Source: a bacterium
GTDB lineage: Bacteria > Planctomycetota > B15-G4
Length of the DNA stretch: 64,000 bases
Assembly: GCA_030428785.1 (NCBI GenBank)
Contig: JAUIEF010000001.1
Coordinates: forward strand, 18,105-82,104
Direction: 5' to 3'
Each line of letters begins with the position of its first letter. Position 1 is the first letter of the stretch. Below, one piece after another: positions 8,668 through 19,414 of this stretch. The translations under genes were made by a program, and so were the position numbers. Under the pieces are notes generated by a model. It made no database searches. It saw only the letters and a list, made by a program, of their open reading frames with translations, and had not been told where the DNA came from.

Positions 8668-10509
8668 ATGCAGCACAGTCCCTGGAACGGGTCCGTCCCG
8701 ACCCGGCGCGCGAGCGCGACGTCGACGCTCCTCCTGACGGCGGCGCTCCTGGCGCCCGCGGCGGACGCGACGCCCGCGCCGACGGCACCGACGCCTGCCT
8801 CGCCCTCGCTCGCGGCTCCTTCCGACGGGCTCACCTCGCTGCAGACGCTCGCGCTCCCCGACCGCCTCGACGACGAGCTCCTCGTGGACCTCTCGCTCGG
8901 CGGCGAGCCCGTCGCGGTGCTCCTGCGACCGCACGACGTCCGCGCGGACGACTTCCGGATGTTCGTCGTCGGTGCCGACGGCGCGTGGGTGCCGGTGCAG
9001 CCGGCCCCGCCGCTCACCGTACGCGGCGAGGTGCTCGGCGCGACCGGCAGCGTCGTCTCGGGCGAGCTGCGTGACGGCCGGCTCACGGCCCTCGTCCGCC
9101 TGTCGCCCGGCGAGCCGGTCTGGACCGTGATACCCGCGGCGTCGGACGCGACCGCCGCGAGCGGCGCGGCGCCCGGTGCGACGATCCCCGCGGCCCCGGC
9201 AGGCGACGCGACCGGACGCACGCACCTCGTGCAGCCGTCCTTGACGTCGGCGCTGCCCGCACAGTGCGGCACGGACGCCGCGCCGACGCCCACGCCGGAC
9301 GGCGACGGCTCGGGCCCGGCGCTCCCGCTCACCTACGTCTCCGCCTACCCCATGCTCGAGGTCGACCTCGGCGTCGACGTCGACGTCGACGCCGTCCAGC
9401 GCCTGGGCTCGGTGGACGACGCCGCGGCCTACGCGGAGTCCGTGATCCACGACACGAGCCTCGTCTTCGAGCAGCAGCTCGGGCTGACGTACCTCATCGA
9501 CACGCTCGTCGTCCGCATCGACGCGCCCGGGCCGTATGCGACGGGTCCCTACACCGACGTGCTCGACACCGTCGACGACATCTGGAGCAACGCGCCGTCG
9601 GGCGTCGACGTGGACGTCGCGCAGCTCTTCACGGGACGCAAGTTCGCGGCCATCGGCGGCGTCGCCAACCTGGCCGGCACGTGCAGCGCCGCCCGCCCCG
9701 GCAGCCTCGTGGAGATCTTCCCGAACGTGACCCCGGAGCTCCGGATGCGCCTCTCCGCGCACGAGCTCGGCCACACGATGGGCGCCGACCACTGCAGTCA
9801 GGGCTGCGGCATCATGAGCATCGGCTACAGCGGGCCGCCGACGTTCGACGACGCGTCGCTGGCGCGCATGGCCATCCACAAGTTCGGCGTGAGCTGCCTG
9901 GACTTCGCGCAGCCCCCGTCGGCGCCCGAGGTCTACACGACCTCACCGCACGTCGTGCACAACCTGCTCACGGAGTGGGTCACCGTCGAGGGCCGCGGCT
10001 TCACCAAGACGGAGGTCGTCGAGGTGGACGGCGAACCGATCGATCCGTTCTACGTGAACGTCTTCGGCGACGGCCAGCTCGCGTTCTACCCGCCGGTGAA
10101 GGACGGCCTCGGCCCCATGGAGGTGCGGATCGTCGCGCCCGGCGGTCCGACGCGCCCGTTCACCGTGACCATGGTGGGCCAGGACCCGCCGGTCCTGCTC
10201 ACGAACAGCGTCACGCTCCCGGGCTTCCCGCTCACCTACCGCTGGGCCGGACCGCTCGGCGACCTCGCGGCGCTGCTCCTCTCGACGAGCTCCGACACGG
10301 TGCAGATCGGAGCCCACGAGCAGCTCGCGGACGTGCAGCGCTGGGTCGTCGCGCCGCTCGACGCGAAGGGCCTCGGCACGATCACCGTCCCCGAGGTGCC
10401 GGCCGCGGCCGCGGGCCTGGACATCCACGCCCAGGTCGTGACCTCCGACGGCACGCACGTCACCGGCTTCTCGGAGGTGGCGACGACGCAGGTCTTCGGG
10501 CTGCCGTAG
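8668..10509 (+). CDS. Secreted reprolysin/adamalysin-like (M12B-type) zinc metalloprotease with an IPT/TIG-like C-terminal region
   Basis: Track ORF 8365..10509 trimmed to ATG 8668, preceded by GAGGAGG (8653-8659). Zinc motif HELGHTMGADH, signal-like TSTLLLTAALLAPAADA, and a C-terminal Ig-like region ending ..QVFGLP. Confidence 0.85.
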   Translation: MQHSPWNGSVPTRRASATSTLLLTAALLAPAADATPAPTAPTPASPSLAAPSDGLTSLQTLALPDRLDDELLVDLSLGGEPVAVLLRPHDVRADDFRMFVVGADGAWVPVQPAPPLTVRGEVLGATGSVVSGELRDGRLTALVRLSPGEPVWTVIPAASDATAASGAAPGATIPAAPAGDATGRTHLVQPSLTSALPAQCGTDAAPTPTPDGDGSGPALPLTYVSAYPMLEVDLGVDVDVDAVQRLGSVDDAAAYAESVIHDTSLVFEQQLGLTYLIDTLVVRIDAPGPYATGPYTDVLDTVDDIWSNAPSGVDVDVAQLFTGRKFAAIGGVANLAGTCSAARPGSLVEIFPNVTPELRMRLSAHELGHTMGADHCSQGCGIMSIGYSGPPTFDDASLARMAIHKFGVSCLDFAQPPSAPEVYTTSPHVVHNLLTEWVTVEGRGFTKTEVVEVDGEPIDPFYVNVFGDGQLAFYPPVKDGLGPMEVRIVAPGGPTRPFTVTMVGQDPPVLLTNSVTLPGFPLTYRWAGPLGDLAALLLSTSSDTVQIGAHEQLADVQRWVVAPLDAKGLGTITVPEVPAAAAGLDIHAQVVTSDGTHVTGFSEVATTQVFGLP

Positions 10510-10545
10510 GGCGACGGCCCCCGCCACCAGCTCGACCCCGGTCCG

Positions 10546-11013
10546 TCAGCCGTCCGGCCGCGAACGCCCGCGCCGGATCTCCTGCACCATGGCGTCGAGA
10601 CGCTGGAGGAACGTCGAGCGATCGCGGTCCCGCATGGGCGGCGGCCCGCCGGAGGCCAGGCCCATCTCCCGCGCGAAGGCCTGCGCCTCGCGCTCCGCGA
10701 GCGCCTCGCCGATGGACTCGTCCCGATAGACGCGACCGCGGGGGCCCAGCACCCGCGCGCCCCGTTCGAGGCAACGCGCCGCGAGGAGGATGTCGGCGGT
10801 GATGACGATGTCCTGCTCGCCCACGCGCTCCGCGATCCAGTCGTCCGCCTCGTCGAAGCGGTCGCCGACGAGCACGAGCCGGAAGCGGTCGTCGTCCGGG
10901 ACGCGGACGGACTGGTTCGCGACGACGTGCACCGTGAGCGCGTACCGGTACGCGACCCGGTACACCTCGTCCTTCACGGGACAGCTGTCGGCGTCGACGT
11001 AGACCTCGAGCAC
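10546..11013 (-). CDS. yaiI: YaiI/YqxD family protein (UPF0178/DUF188)
   Basis: Track ORF 10546..11121 trimmed to GTG 11013, preceded by GGAGG. It begins (M)LEVYVDADSCPVKDEV, the typical family N-terminus; ...IVITADILLAARCLE follows. Confidence 0.8.
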   Translation of the reverse strand: MLEVYVDADSCPVKDEVYRVAYRYALTVHVVANQSVRVPDDDRFRLVLVGDRFDEADDWIAERVGEQDIVITADILLAARCLERGARVLGPRGRVYRDESIGEALAEREAQAFAREMGLASGGPPPMRDRDRSTFLQRLDAMVQEIRRGRSRPDG

Positions 11014-11128
11014 GCGGAGACCTCCGGGGGCCCGACCAGCATGCAGGCAGGGCCGTCCGGACGGAACCGCCGCGTCGACGCGAGTGCCGGCCGTGCGCGC
11101 GCGGTGCCGCCCGCCGTCCACTCCGCAC

Positions 11129-12247
11129 TCAGCCCGCGCCCAGCTCCTCCCGGATCCGCGCCGCCACCTCGTCCGGCGTCGGGACGACGCCTCCCGCGGT
11201 GCCCATGAACGCGATCTCGCGCGAGCCCGCGGCAGCCAGCTTCACGTCGGTGATCAGCTGCCCCATGCTCATCTCGACGTCGAGCACCTTGCCGTCACGC
11301 GGCAGCGCGTCCATCGCGTCGCGGCAGGCCGCGTACGGGAACGGATTGAGCGTGATCGGCCGGAAGAGCGCGACGCGCAGCCCCTCGTCGGTGAGCTCGT
11401 CGATGGCCGACTTGACGATGCGCGCCATCGTGCCGAAGGACACGACGAGCAGGTCGTATCCCTCGGTCGCGCCGTAGAGCTCCCAGCGCGGCTCGTCGCG
11501 CGCGGCGCGGTCGTACTTCTCCTTGAGCGCGAGGTTGTGCGCGTGGAGCTCCTCGGGCGCCAGATAGAGCGAGTTCACGATGCGCCGCTCGCGCCCCTCG
11601 CAGCCCGTGAGCGCCCAGTCGTTGTCGGCCATGGGCGGCCCCGCGCCCTCGGCGTGGAAGACGACCGGCTCCATCATCTGCCCGATCATGCCGTCGGCGC
11701 AGACCATGACGGGGTTCCTGTACTTCTCCGCGAGCTCGAACGCGAGCAGCATGAGGTCCGCCGCCTCCTGCACCGACGACGGCGCGAGCACGAGCACCTG
11801 GTAGTCGCCGTGCCCGTGGCCGCGCGTCGCCTGGTGGTAGTCGCTCTGCGCCGGGAGGATGCCGCCCAGCCCCGGCCCCGCGCGCATGATGTTGATGAAC
11901 ACGCACGGCAACTCGCAGGCCGCGATGTAGCTCATGCCCTCGGCCATGAGGCTGATGCCCGGGCTGCTGCTCGACGTGAGGCACTTCACGCCCACGCCCG
12001 CCGCGCCGAACACCATGTTCACCGCGGCGACCTCGCTCTCCGCCTGCACGAACACGCCGCCCACCTCGGGCAGCCGCTTGACGAGGTACTCGGGCACCTC
12101 CGTCTGGGGCGTGATCGGGTAGCCGAAGAAGTGCAGGCAGCCGGCCCGGATCGCGGCCTCGGCCAGCGCCTCGTTGCCTTTCATGAGCAGCTTGGGCGGC
12201 GCGCCCGTGCTCGCTTCGCTCGTCGTCGGTGCCGTCGTCGTCGTCAT
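11129..12247 (-). CDS. 2-oxoacid:ferredoxin oxidoreductase, alpha subunit (PorA/VorB/KorA-like)
   Basis: Track ORF 11129..12808 trimmed to ATG 12247 (ATGA overlap with the gamma-subunit stop). KLLMKGNEALAEAAIRAGCLHFFGYPITPQTE... and VQAESEVAAVNMVFGAAGVGVKCLTSSSSPG. Confidence 0.92.
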   Translation of the reverse strand: MTTTTAPTTSEASTGAPPKLLMKGNEALAEAAIRAGCLHFFGYPITPQTEVPEYLVKRLPEVGGVFVQAESEVAAVNMVFGAAGVGVKCLTSSSSPGISLMAEGMSYIAACELPCVFINIMRAGPGLGGILPAQSDYHQATRGHGHGDYQVLVLAPSSVQEAADLMLLAFELAEKYRNPVMVCADGMIGQMMEPVVFHAEGAGPPMADNDWALTGCEGRERRIVNSLYLAPEELHAHNLALKEKYDRAARDEPRWELYGATEGYDLLVVSFGTMARIVKSAIDELTDEGLRVALFRPITLNPFPYAACRDAMDALPRDGKVLDVEMSMGQLITDVKLAAAGSREIAFMGTAGGVVPTPDEVAARIREELGAG

Positions 12248-12797
12248 GGCGTGACCTCCACCGTGCGGCCCAGGGCGAGCCCCGCGCGGAAGGTCGCCCG
12301 GTTCGTCGCCGCGTGCTTCGCCTTGTCGCCGGTGAACTCGGCGTCGATCGCGGCCTCGATCGCCTCGGGCGGGACGGCCTCCGTGGCCCCCACCCACGCG
12401 CCGAGCATCGCGAGGTTCGCCGCGCGCTCGTTCCCGGCCTCCCGCGCGACGGCCCGCGAGTCGACGTCGATCACCGTGCAGTCGTCGCGCCCCACGTCGA
12501 CGTCGATCATCGTGCGGTTCACGACGATCACGCCGCCGGGCCGCACCTTCGGCCCGAACTTCTCGAGCGACGGACGGTTCATGACGATCAGCGAGCGCGG
12601 GTGCCGGATGAGCGGCGACCCGATGGGCTCGTCGCCCAGGCACACGATGACGTTGGCCGTGCCGCCGCGCATCTCGGGGCCGTACGACGGCAGCCAGCTC
12701 ACCTCGCGCCCCTCCGCCATGGCGGCCTGCGCCAGCAGCTTGCCGGCGAGCAGCATCCCCTGGCCGCCGAAGCCGGCCATGAGCACCTCGGTCGAGC

Positions 12798-12801
<4 letters not shown>
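12244..12801 (-). CDS. 2-oxoacid:ferredoxin oxidoreductase, gamma subunit
   Basis: Full track ORF with a GTG start. VLMAGFGGQGMLLAGKLLAQAAM...SYGPEMRGGTANV. The start overlaps the upstream stop (GTGA). Confidence 0.92.
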
Positions 12802-13755
<954 letters not shown>

Positions 13756-13763
<8 letters not shown>

Positions 13764-14538
13764 GACGGTCTCCCGTGGCGGGCCGCCGCCAGGGCGGCAG
13801 CATGTGTCGGTCCATGCGCAGCAGCGGCGCGTCGAGGACGTCGAGCTCGGGGCTCCCGGCCAGCGCGTCCATGACCGCGACGAAGCGCAGTGGCAGGTCC
13901 ATGTCGTCGGCCGCGCGCCGCGCGTGCCGCCAGCCGTCGACGATCACGTCGGGCGTCGTCTCGTCCGCGAGGTGCGCGTTCGCGACGACGCCGGTGGCGG
14001 TGAGCCGCGACGAACCCTCGATCGCGGCGCGCAGCTCACGGCACGCCGCGACCGTCGCGTCGGCCGGCCGCCGCGCGTTGAGCACGAGCCACAGCTCGTA
14101 CCGGTCGAGCAGCGGCTGCAGCGAGGCGAGCACCCGCGCCCCCACGTCGTCGCCGCCCACGTCGAAGAGCGTGACCGTGCCCTCCGGCGGGTCGAGCATG
14201 CCCGCGATCTCGGGCAGGACGATCGGGAGGTCGGCCCAGTGCTTGCTCCCGCCGGGCGACACGACGCGCACGCCGTGCGCCTCCATGAGCGCGCGCGCCT
14301 CGCGACACCGGAAGTACGGGTTGACCAGGTCGAGGTCGGCGATCTGCACGCGCCGCCCGGCGCGCGCGAGGAGCAGCGCGAGGTTCACCGCGACCTCGGT
14401 CTTGCCCGAACCGTAGCCGCCCGCGAGCGCGATCACGCGCGCGGCGGCGGGATCCACGATCTCGGCGGCGGACCGGCGGAGCTCCCGCGGCTCCACCGCG
14501 ACGGGTCCCGGTCCGGCCGTACCCTGTGTGGTCGTCAT
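13756..14538 (-). CDS. MinD/ParA/CobQ-type P-loop ATPase, first gene of the oxidoreductase operon
   Basis: Only the last 260 codons of track ORF 13756..16695 are accepted, from ATG 14538. Deviant Walker A in RVIALAGGYGSGKTEVAVNLAL; VQIADLDLVNPYF. The stop overlaps the next start by 8 nt. Confidence 0.85.
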
Positions 14539-14636
14539 CGTCCTCGATGACAGGCTCCCAGGGAGCCCGCTCCGGTGCGATGGCACGCATTCCGTAGGGC
14601 CGCGGGGCGAAGGGCGTAGCCGGGACGGCCGGCCGC

Positions 14637-15002
14637 CTACGGCACGTCCGCGCGCACGCCGTTCGAGAGCGTGATGCCGCCCGGCACGCTCGCGTCGGCC
14701 ACCGCGCACTGCACGGTGAGCGAGGTGCCCGACGGCACGCCGGTCGGCCAGGGCGTCGCGGCGGTGAACGCGCCGTCGCCGTCCGCGACGAACGCGAGCT
14801 GGTTCACGGCCGGCCACGCGTGCACCGTGCCGCCCAGCGCGGCGAAGGGCGTCGGCGCGACGGCGATCCACGCGACGAGCGGCGCGGCGGGCGGCGCGTT
14901 GCCGAGCGCGAGCGTCGTCGTCGTGCCGGCGACGAGCGGCCCGGCGCCCGCGAGCGTCACCGGTCCGTGCGCGCCGGTCGTCCCGCCGCCGAGGTCCGTC
15001 CA
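14637..15002 (-). other. Shared C-terminal module, instance A (esterase)
   Basis: WTDLGGGTTGAHGPVTLAGAGPLVAGTTTTLALGNAPPAAPLVAWIAVAPTPFAALGGTVHAWPAVNQLAFVADGDGAFTAATPWPTGVPSGTSLTVQCAVADASVPGGITLSNGVRADVP-stop. Confidence 0.8.
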
Positions 15003-16658
15003 GCCGAGCCCCCGCACGAACTCCGCGAGGTGCCGCCCGAACTCGAGCGCGCCCTTCGTGCCGAGCGTCGGCGACCCCGCGGGGTACGGCAGCGCGTCCG
15101 TGTCGACGAACCACGCGCGCGGGTCGTCGTCCGCGAACGCCTGGCAGGCCGCGTCGATCGCGTCGAGGTCGGCCTTCTTCCACACGAGGCGGTCGCCGAG
15201 CTCCGCGACGATCCAGCGCAGGTCCGGCGCGCCGAGGTCCGCGCGCAACGCGTCGGCGAGCGTCGCGAGCTCCGTCGCGTAGCCGGGGTGGAACGGGTCG
15301 TGCCAGGCATCGTGCTCGCCGGGCAGCCAGACGACGGCCTCGAGGCGCGGCTCCAGCCCGCGGGCGACGAGGTCGTCGAGCGCGTCCCGCACGAACGCGA
15401 CCGCGGCGTCGTACTGCGGCAGGCTCGCGTCGTCCGGCGTCGGCATCCAGTCCTCGAGCACGGCGCCGCTGTGCGTCACCTTGACGATCGCGACCGGGTC
15501 GGCCGAGCCGTCGGCGAGCGTCCGCCCGAAGCTCAGCTCCGGCCCGAAGTTCCCGAGGTGGTCGGCGGGACCGAGCGGCGCCCAGTCCGTCGAGACGTGC
15601 GTGTCGCCGAGCCGGTAGCGGAACGCGACGTCGTGCTGCGGCGCGCGGAGCGCCTTCCACTCCGGGTGCGCGTTGATCTGCTTCGCGTGCGCGCCCTCGC
15701 CCTCCATGCTGCGCTGCCCCGCGAGCACGAAGACGCGCACCGTCGCGCCGGGCGCCGCGGGGAAGCCGGCGGCGAACGGCTTCGACACGTGCGCGACGTC
15801 GACGCCCAGCGACGCGAGGTAGGCGTCGGCGTAGGCCTCGCCGAGCTGGAGCTGCCCCTCCGTGCCGAAGTGGATGCCGGGCGCGGCCGGCGCGTCGTTC
15901 ACGAGGAAGGCGAGGTGGCTCGTCGGCACGACGTGCACGTCCGGGTCGGCGGCGGCCACGGCGAGCTGCGCGGCGCGCAGGTCGCGCATCGCCTCGCGAC
16001 GGTTGACGCCCCACACGGACTTGTCGCTCGTCGTGCCGAGGAACCACGGCAGCGACGGCTCGCCGAGGTCCGCGCGCAGACGCGCGATGAACGCGGCGAG
16101 GTTCGCGTCGTACGCGGCGAGGTGCGCGTCGACGAGCATGTCGCTCTCGCCCTGCTGCCAGAGCACGCCGCCGAACCGCCAGTCGACACCCTGCGCCGTG
16201 AGGTCGCCGAGCGCGGACTGCAGGAGCGCGAGCGTGCGGGCGTGGAGGCCGAAGCCGTCCGTGGCGCCCGGCGCCCAGTCCTCGGCGAGGCTCGAGCCGC
16301 CGCGCGTCGACTTGATGATCGCGATCGGCCCGGGCAGCACGCCCTTCACGCGGCGCGCGAAGGTGAGCTCGGGGCCGAAGACCTGCCGGTCGGGCTCGGG
16401 CTGCAGCGGGATCCAGCCGCCCGACGTGTGCGAGCCGTCGCCGGTCTCGTACCAATAGAGGACGTCCGGCTGCGGGTCCGCCGCGCCGGCCCGGCCCGGG
16501 AGCGCGTCCACCTCGGCGGCGGACGTCTCCTCGCCCTCGGCGTTCGACTGCCCCGCGACGAGGAACACGCGGGTCGGCGCCTGCGCCGCGGCGGTCCCGG
16601 CCGCCGCGCACGCGCACGCGAGTAGCAACGCGCGGACGAGGGGACGGATCCGGTGCAT
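14637..16658 (-). CDS. Secreted tandem sialate-O-acetylesterase-like (SASA/DUF303, SGNH-type) esterase with the shared C-terminal module
   Basis: Full track ORF. Signal peptide MHRIRPLVRALLLACACAAAGTAAAQA. Domain 1 has VAGQSNAEG and WQQGESD. Domain 2 has LAGQRSMEGEG and WLPGEHD. The last 121 aa form the shared module. Confidence 0.88.
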   Translation of the reverse strand: MHRIRPLVRALLLACACAAAGTAAAQAPTRVFLVAGQSNAEGEETSAAEVDALPGRAGAADPQPDVLYWYETGDGSHTSGGWIPLQPEPDRQVFGPELTFARRVKGVLPGPIAIIKSTRGGSSLAEDWAPGATDGFGLHARTLALLQSALGDLTAQGVDWRFGGVLWQQGESDMLVDAHLAAYDANLAAFIARLRADLGEPSLPWFLGTTSDKSVWGVNRREAMRDLRAAQLAVAAADPDVHVVPTSHLAFLVNDAPAAPGIHFGTEGQLQLGEAYADAYLASLGVDVAHVSKPFAAGFPAAPGATVRVFVLAGQRSMEGEGAHAKQINAHPEWKALRAPQHDVAFRYRLGDTHVSTDWAPLGPADHLGNFGPELSFGRTLADGSADPVAIVKVTHSGAVLEDWMPTPDDASLPQYDAAVAFVRDALDDLVARGLEPRLEAVVWLPGEHDAWHDPFHPGYATELATLADALRADLGAPDLRWIVAELGDRLVWKKADLDAIDAACQAFADDDPRAWFVDTDALPYPAGSPTLGTKGALEFGRHLAEFVRGLGWTDLGGGTTGAHGPVTLAGAGPLVAGTTTTLALGNAPPAAPLVAWIAVAPTPFAALGGTVHAWPAVNQLAFVADGDGAFTAATPWPTGVPSGTSLTVQCAVADASVPGGITLSNGVRADVP

Positions 16659-16931
16659 GACGGGGGACGGGCGGAGGGCGGGACGGGTCCCTCAAGAGTG
16701 CCCCATGATCGGGGGCGGGGCGAATCCGGGAGCGGGCCCGACTCCACGCGGCCCCGGGCGCGCCCCCGCGCTCCGACCGCTCGCGGCGCGCTGTGCGCGG
16801 ACGGCGCTACCGCCTCCGGCGTATCGCCCGCGGGGCGCACCGGAGCGACACTGGGGACCGACGACGCGAGGAGGCGCGACGATGCCAGGCAAGGACACCG
16901 ACGCCGGGCCGGCGTGGGGCTGCGCGGCCCG

Positions 16932-17587
16932 ATGAGGTTCCGCGACCGACTCGACGCCGGCCGGCGGCTCGCCGCGGCGCTCGGCGCGCTCGACCTGCCG
17001 GACGCGCTCGTCGTCGCGCTGCCGCGGGGCGGCGTGCCCGTCGGCGACGTCGTGGCGGAGGCGCTCGACGCACCGCTCGACGTGCTCGTCGTGCGCAAGA
17101 TCGGCGTGCCGTGGCAGCCGGAGCTCGGGCTGGGCGCCGTCGCCGAGGGCGGCCGCACCGTGCTCGAGGAGGACGTCGCGCGGCGGCTCGGCCTCGGCGA
17201 CGAGGACATCGCGGCCGCGCGGGCCCGCGCGCGTCGCGGGTGCACCGGTTCCGCGTCGACACGCCGCGCCTCGACGTCGCGGACCGCACGGTCGTGCTCA
17301 TCGACGACGGCGTCGCGACGGGCGGCACCGTGCGCGCCGCGCTCCGCACGCTGCGCACGGAGTCGCCGCGCGAGCTCGTGCTCGCCGTGCCTGTCGCCGC
17401 GCCCGACGTCGTGCGGGCCCTCGCCCGCGAGGCGGACCGCGTCGTCGTGCTCGCTCAGCCGCCCGACTTCGCGTGCGTCGGCGAGTGGTACGACGACTTC
17501 ACGCAGGTCGACGACGCCGAGGTCGTCCGGATGTTGCGGGCGTCCCGGGCGCGCGGGGGCGGGACGGCGCGCCGCGAGGACGGATGA
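16932..17587 (+). pseudogene. Phosphoribosyltransferase-family gene with an apparent frameshift near 17225-17240
   Basis: The N-terminal half is in the frame of ATG 16932 (MRFRDRLDAGRRLAAALGALDLPDALVVALPRGGVPVGDVVAEALDAPLDVLVVRKIGVPWQPELGLGAV...). The C-terminal half is in the frame of track ORF 16793..17587 (RVHRFRVDTPRLDVADRTVVLIDDGVATGGTVRAAL...PDFACVGEWYDDFTQVDDAEV). The switch falls within the CG-repeat run GCGCGGGCCCGCGCGCGTCGCGGG. Confidence 0.7.
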
Positions 17588-17742
17588 CGGCGCCCGACGA
17601 CCGGCGCGTCTCGTCCGACGCCGCCGTGCGGACGACGGGCCGTCCGGACCGCGGAGCCCCCCCGCTGGACGCGCGGCCGCCCCGCTCCCTACAGTCCGGG
17701 GCTCGCGAACGACCCGCTCCCCCGTCTCCCGGGATCCCGTCC

Positions 17743-19287
17743 ATGCCGACCCGCTCCGCGCACCGCAGCCTCGCCGCGCTCGCCCTCGCGCTCCTCGCCC
17801 TCGCGCCCGCCGTCCCCGCCCAGGACGACGGCGACATGCCCGCCAAGGGCGACGGCGGCACGAAGGACGACGCCACGATCGAGATCCCGCGCGACGAGGC
17901 CGTCACCACCGAGGACACGGTGACGATCGGCGGCGTCGAGGTGCCCTACCGCGTGACCGTCGGCACGCAACCGGTGTGGGACGCCGACAACGAGCCCGTC
18001 GCGTCGATGTTCTACACGTACTACGAGCGCAGCGACGTCGAGGACCGCGCCACGCGCCCGCTCACCGTGAGCTTCAACGGCGGACCCGGCTCGGCGTCGC
18101 TCTGGATGCACATCGCGTACACCGGGCCGCGCCTGCTCGAGATCGACGACGAGGGCTACCCCGTGCAGCCCTACGGCATCCGCGACAACCCGCACTCCAT
18201 CCTCGACGTCACGGACATCCTCTACGTCGACCCGGTGAATACGGGCTTCTCGCGCATCCTCGACGACGCGGACCGCTCGCAGTTCTTCGGCGTCAACGAG
18301 GACGTCGACTACCTGGCGCGCTGGCTCGACACCTTCGTGACGCGGCAGGGCCGCTGGACGAGCCCCAAGTTCCTCATCGGCGAGTCGTACGGGACGACGC
18401 GCGTGTCCGGCCTCGCGCACCGCCTGCAGAACTCGCAGTGGATGTTCCTCAACGGCGTCGTGCTCGTCTCGCCCACCGGGCTGGGCATCGACCGCGACGG
18501 GCCCGTCGGCGACGCGCTGCCGCTCCCTTATTACACGGCGACGGCGTGGTACCACGAGCGCCTCGCGCCCGACCTCCAGTCGCGCGACCTCGACGACCTG
18601 CTCCCCGAGGCCGAGGCCTTCACCGTCGACGAGCTCATCCCCGCGCTCGCGCAGGGCGGCGCGCTGTCCGCCGAGCGCCGCGAGGAGGTCGAGCTGGCCT
18701 ACGCGCGCTGGTCGGGCCTGCGCCTGCCCGTCGTGCAGCAGTACGACATGGCCGTGCCGACGCAGTTCTTCTGGAAGGAGCTGCTCCGCGACGAGGGCCT
18801 CACCGTCGGCCGCCTCGACTCGCGCTACCGCGGCTTCGACCGCAGCGACTCGGGGACGTCGCCCGACTTCGACCCCGCGCTCTCGAGCTGGAACCACGCG
18901 TTCGCGCCGGCGATCAACCACTACCTGCGCGACGTGCTCGGCTACGAGACGGACCTCCAGTACTGGGTCTTCGGCCCGGTGCACCCGTGGAACCGCGACG
19001 GCGACCGCACGGGCCGGCAACTCCAGCAGGCGATGGGCGAGAACCCGTACCTCCACGTCCTGGTGCAGTCCGGGTACTACGACGGCGGCACGGACTACTT
19101 CAACGCGAAGTACACCATGTGGAACATGGACCCCGCGGGCCGCTTCCAGGACCGCATGTCGTTCAAGGGCTACCGCTCCGGCCACATGATGTACCTGCGC
19201 GCCGAGGACCTCGCCGCCGCGAACGACGACATCCGCGCGTTCATCGGCGAAGCGATCCCCGCGCCGGGGACGCCGGCGCGGCGATAG
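17743..19287 (+). CDS. Secreted serine carboxypeptidase, S10 family
   Basis: Track ORF 17473..19287 trimmed to ATG 17743 (MPTRSAHRSLAALALALLALAPAVPAQ). FNGGPGSAS, nucleophile motif GESYGT, and a C-terminal GHMMY. Confidence 0.88.
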   Translation: MPTRSAHRSLAALALALLALAPAVPAQDDGDMPAKGDGGTKDDATIEIPRDEAVTTEDTVTIGGVEVPYRVTVGTQPVWDADNEPVASMFYTYYERSDVEDRATRPLTVSFNGGPGSASLWMHIAYTGPRLLEIDDEGYPVQPYGIRDNPHSILDVTDILYVDPVNTGFSRILDDADRSQFFGVNEDVDYLARWLDTFVTRQGRWTSPKFLIGESYGTTRVSGLAHRLQNSQWMFLNGVVLVSPTGLGIDRDGPVGDALPLPYYTATAWYHERLAPDLQSRDLDDLLPEAEAFTVDELIPALAQGGALSAERREEVELAYARWSGLRLPVVQQYDMAVPTQFFWKELLRDEGLTVGRLDSRYRGFDRSDSGTSPDFDPALSSWNHAFAPAINHYLRDVLGYETDLQYWVFGPVHPWNRDGDRTGRQLQQAMGENPYLHVLVQSGYYDGGTDYFNAKYTMWNMDPAGRFQDRMSFKGYRSGHMMYLRAEDLAAANDDIRAFIGEAIPAPGTPARR

Positions 19288-19414
19288 CCGCGGGGCTTCG
19301 AGCGAGGCGAGAGGCGCGGGGCTCGCGGCGGCGGGCATCGTCACGAGCCGACGCGAGCGGGATCCCGCGGCCCACGGTACGCTCGGGGCCCCTCCCTGCG
19401 CGCTCCTCCCCGTC

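Noticed and set aside
9373-9390. Tandem (GTCGAC)x3 repeat
   Set aside because: It lies inside the M12B protease gene and simply encodes VDVDVD. It is not a regulatory or CRISPR-like repeat.
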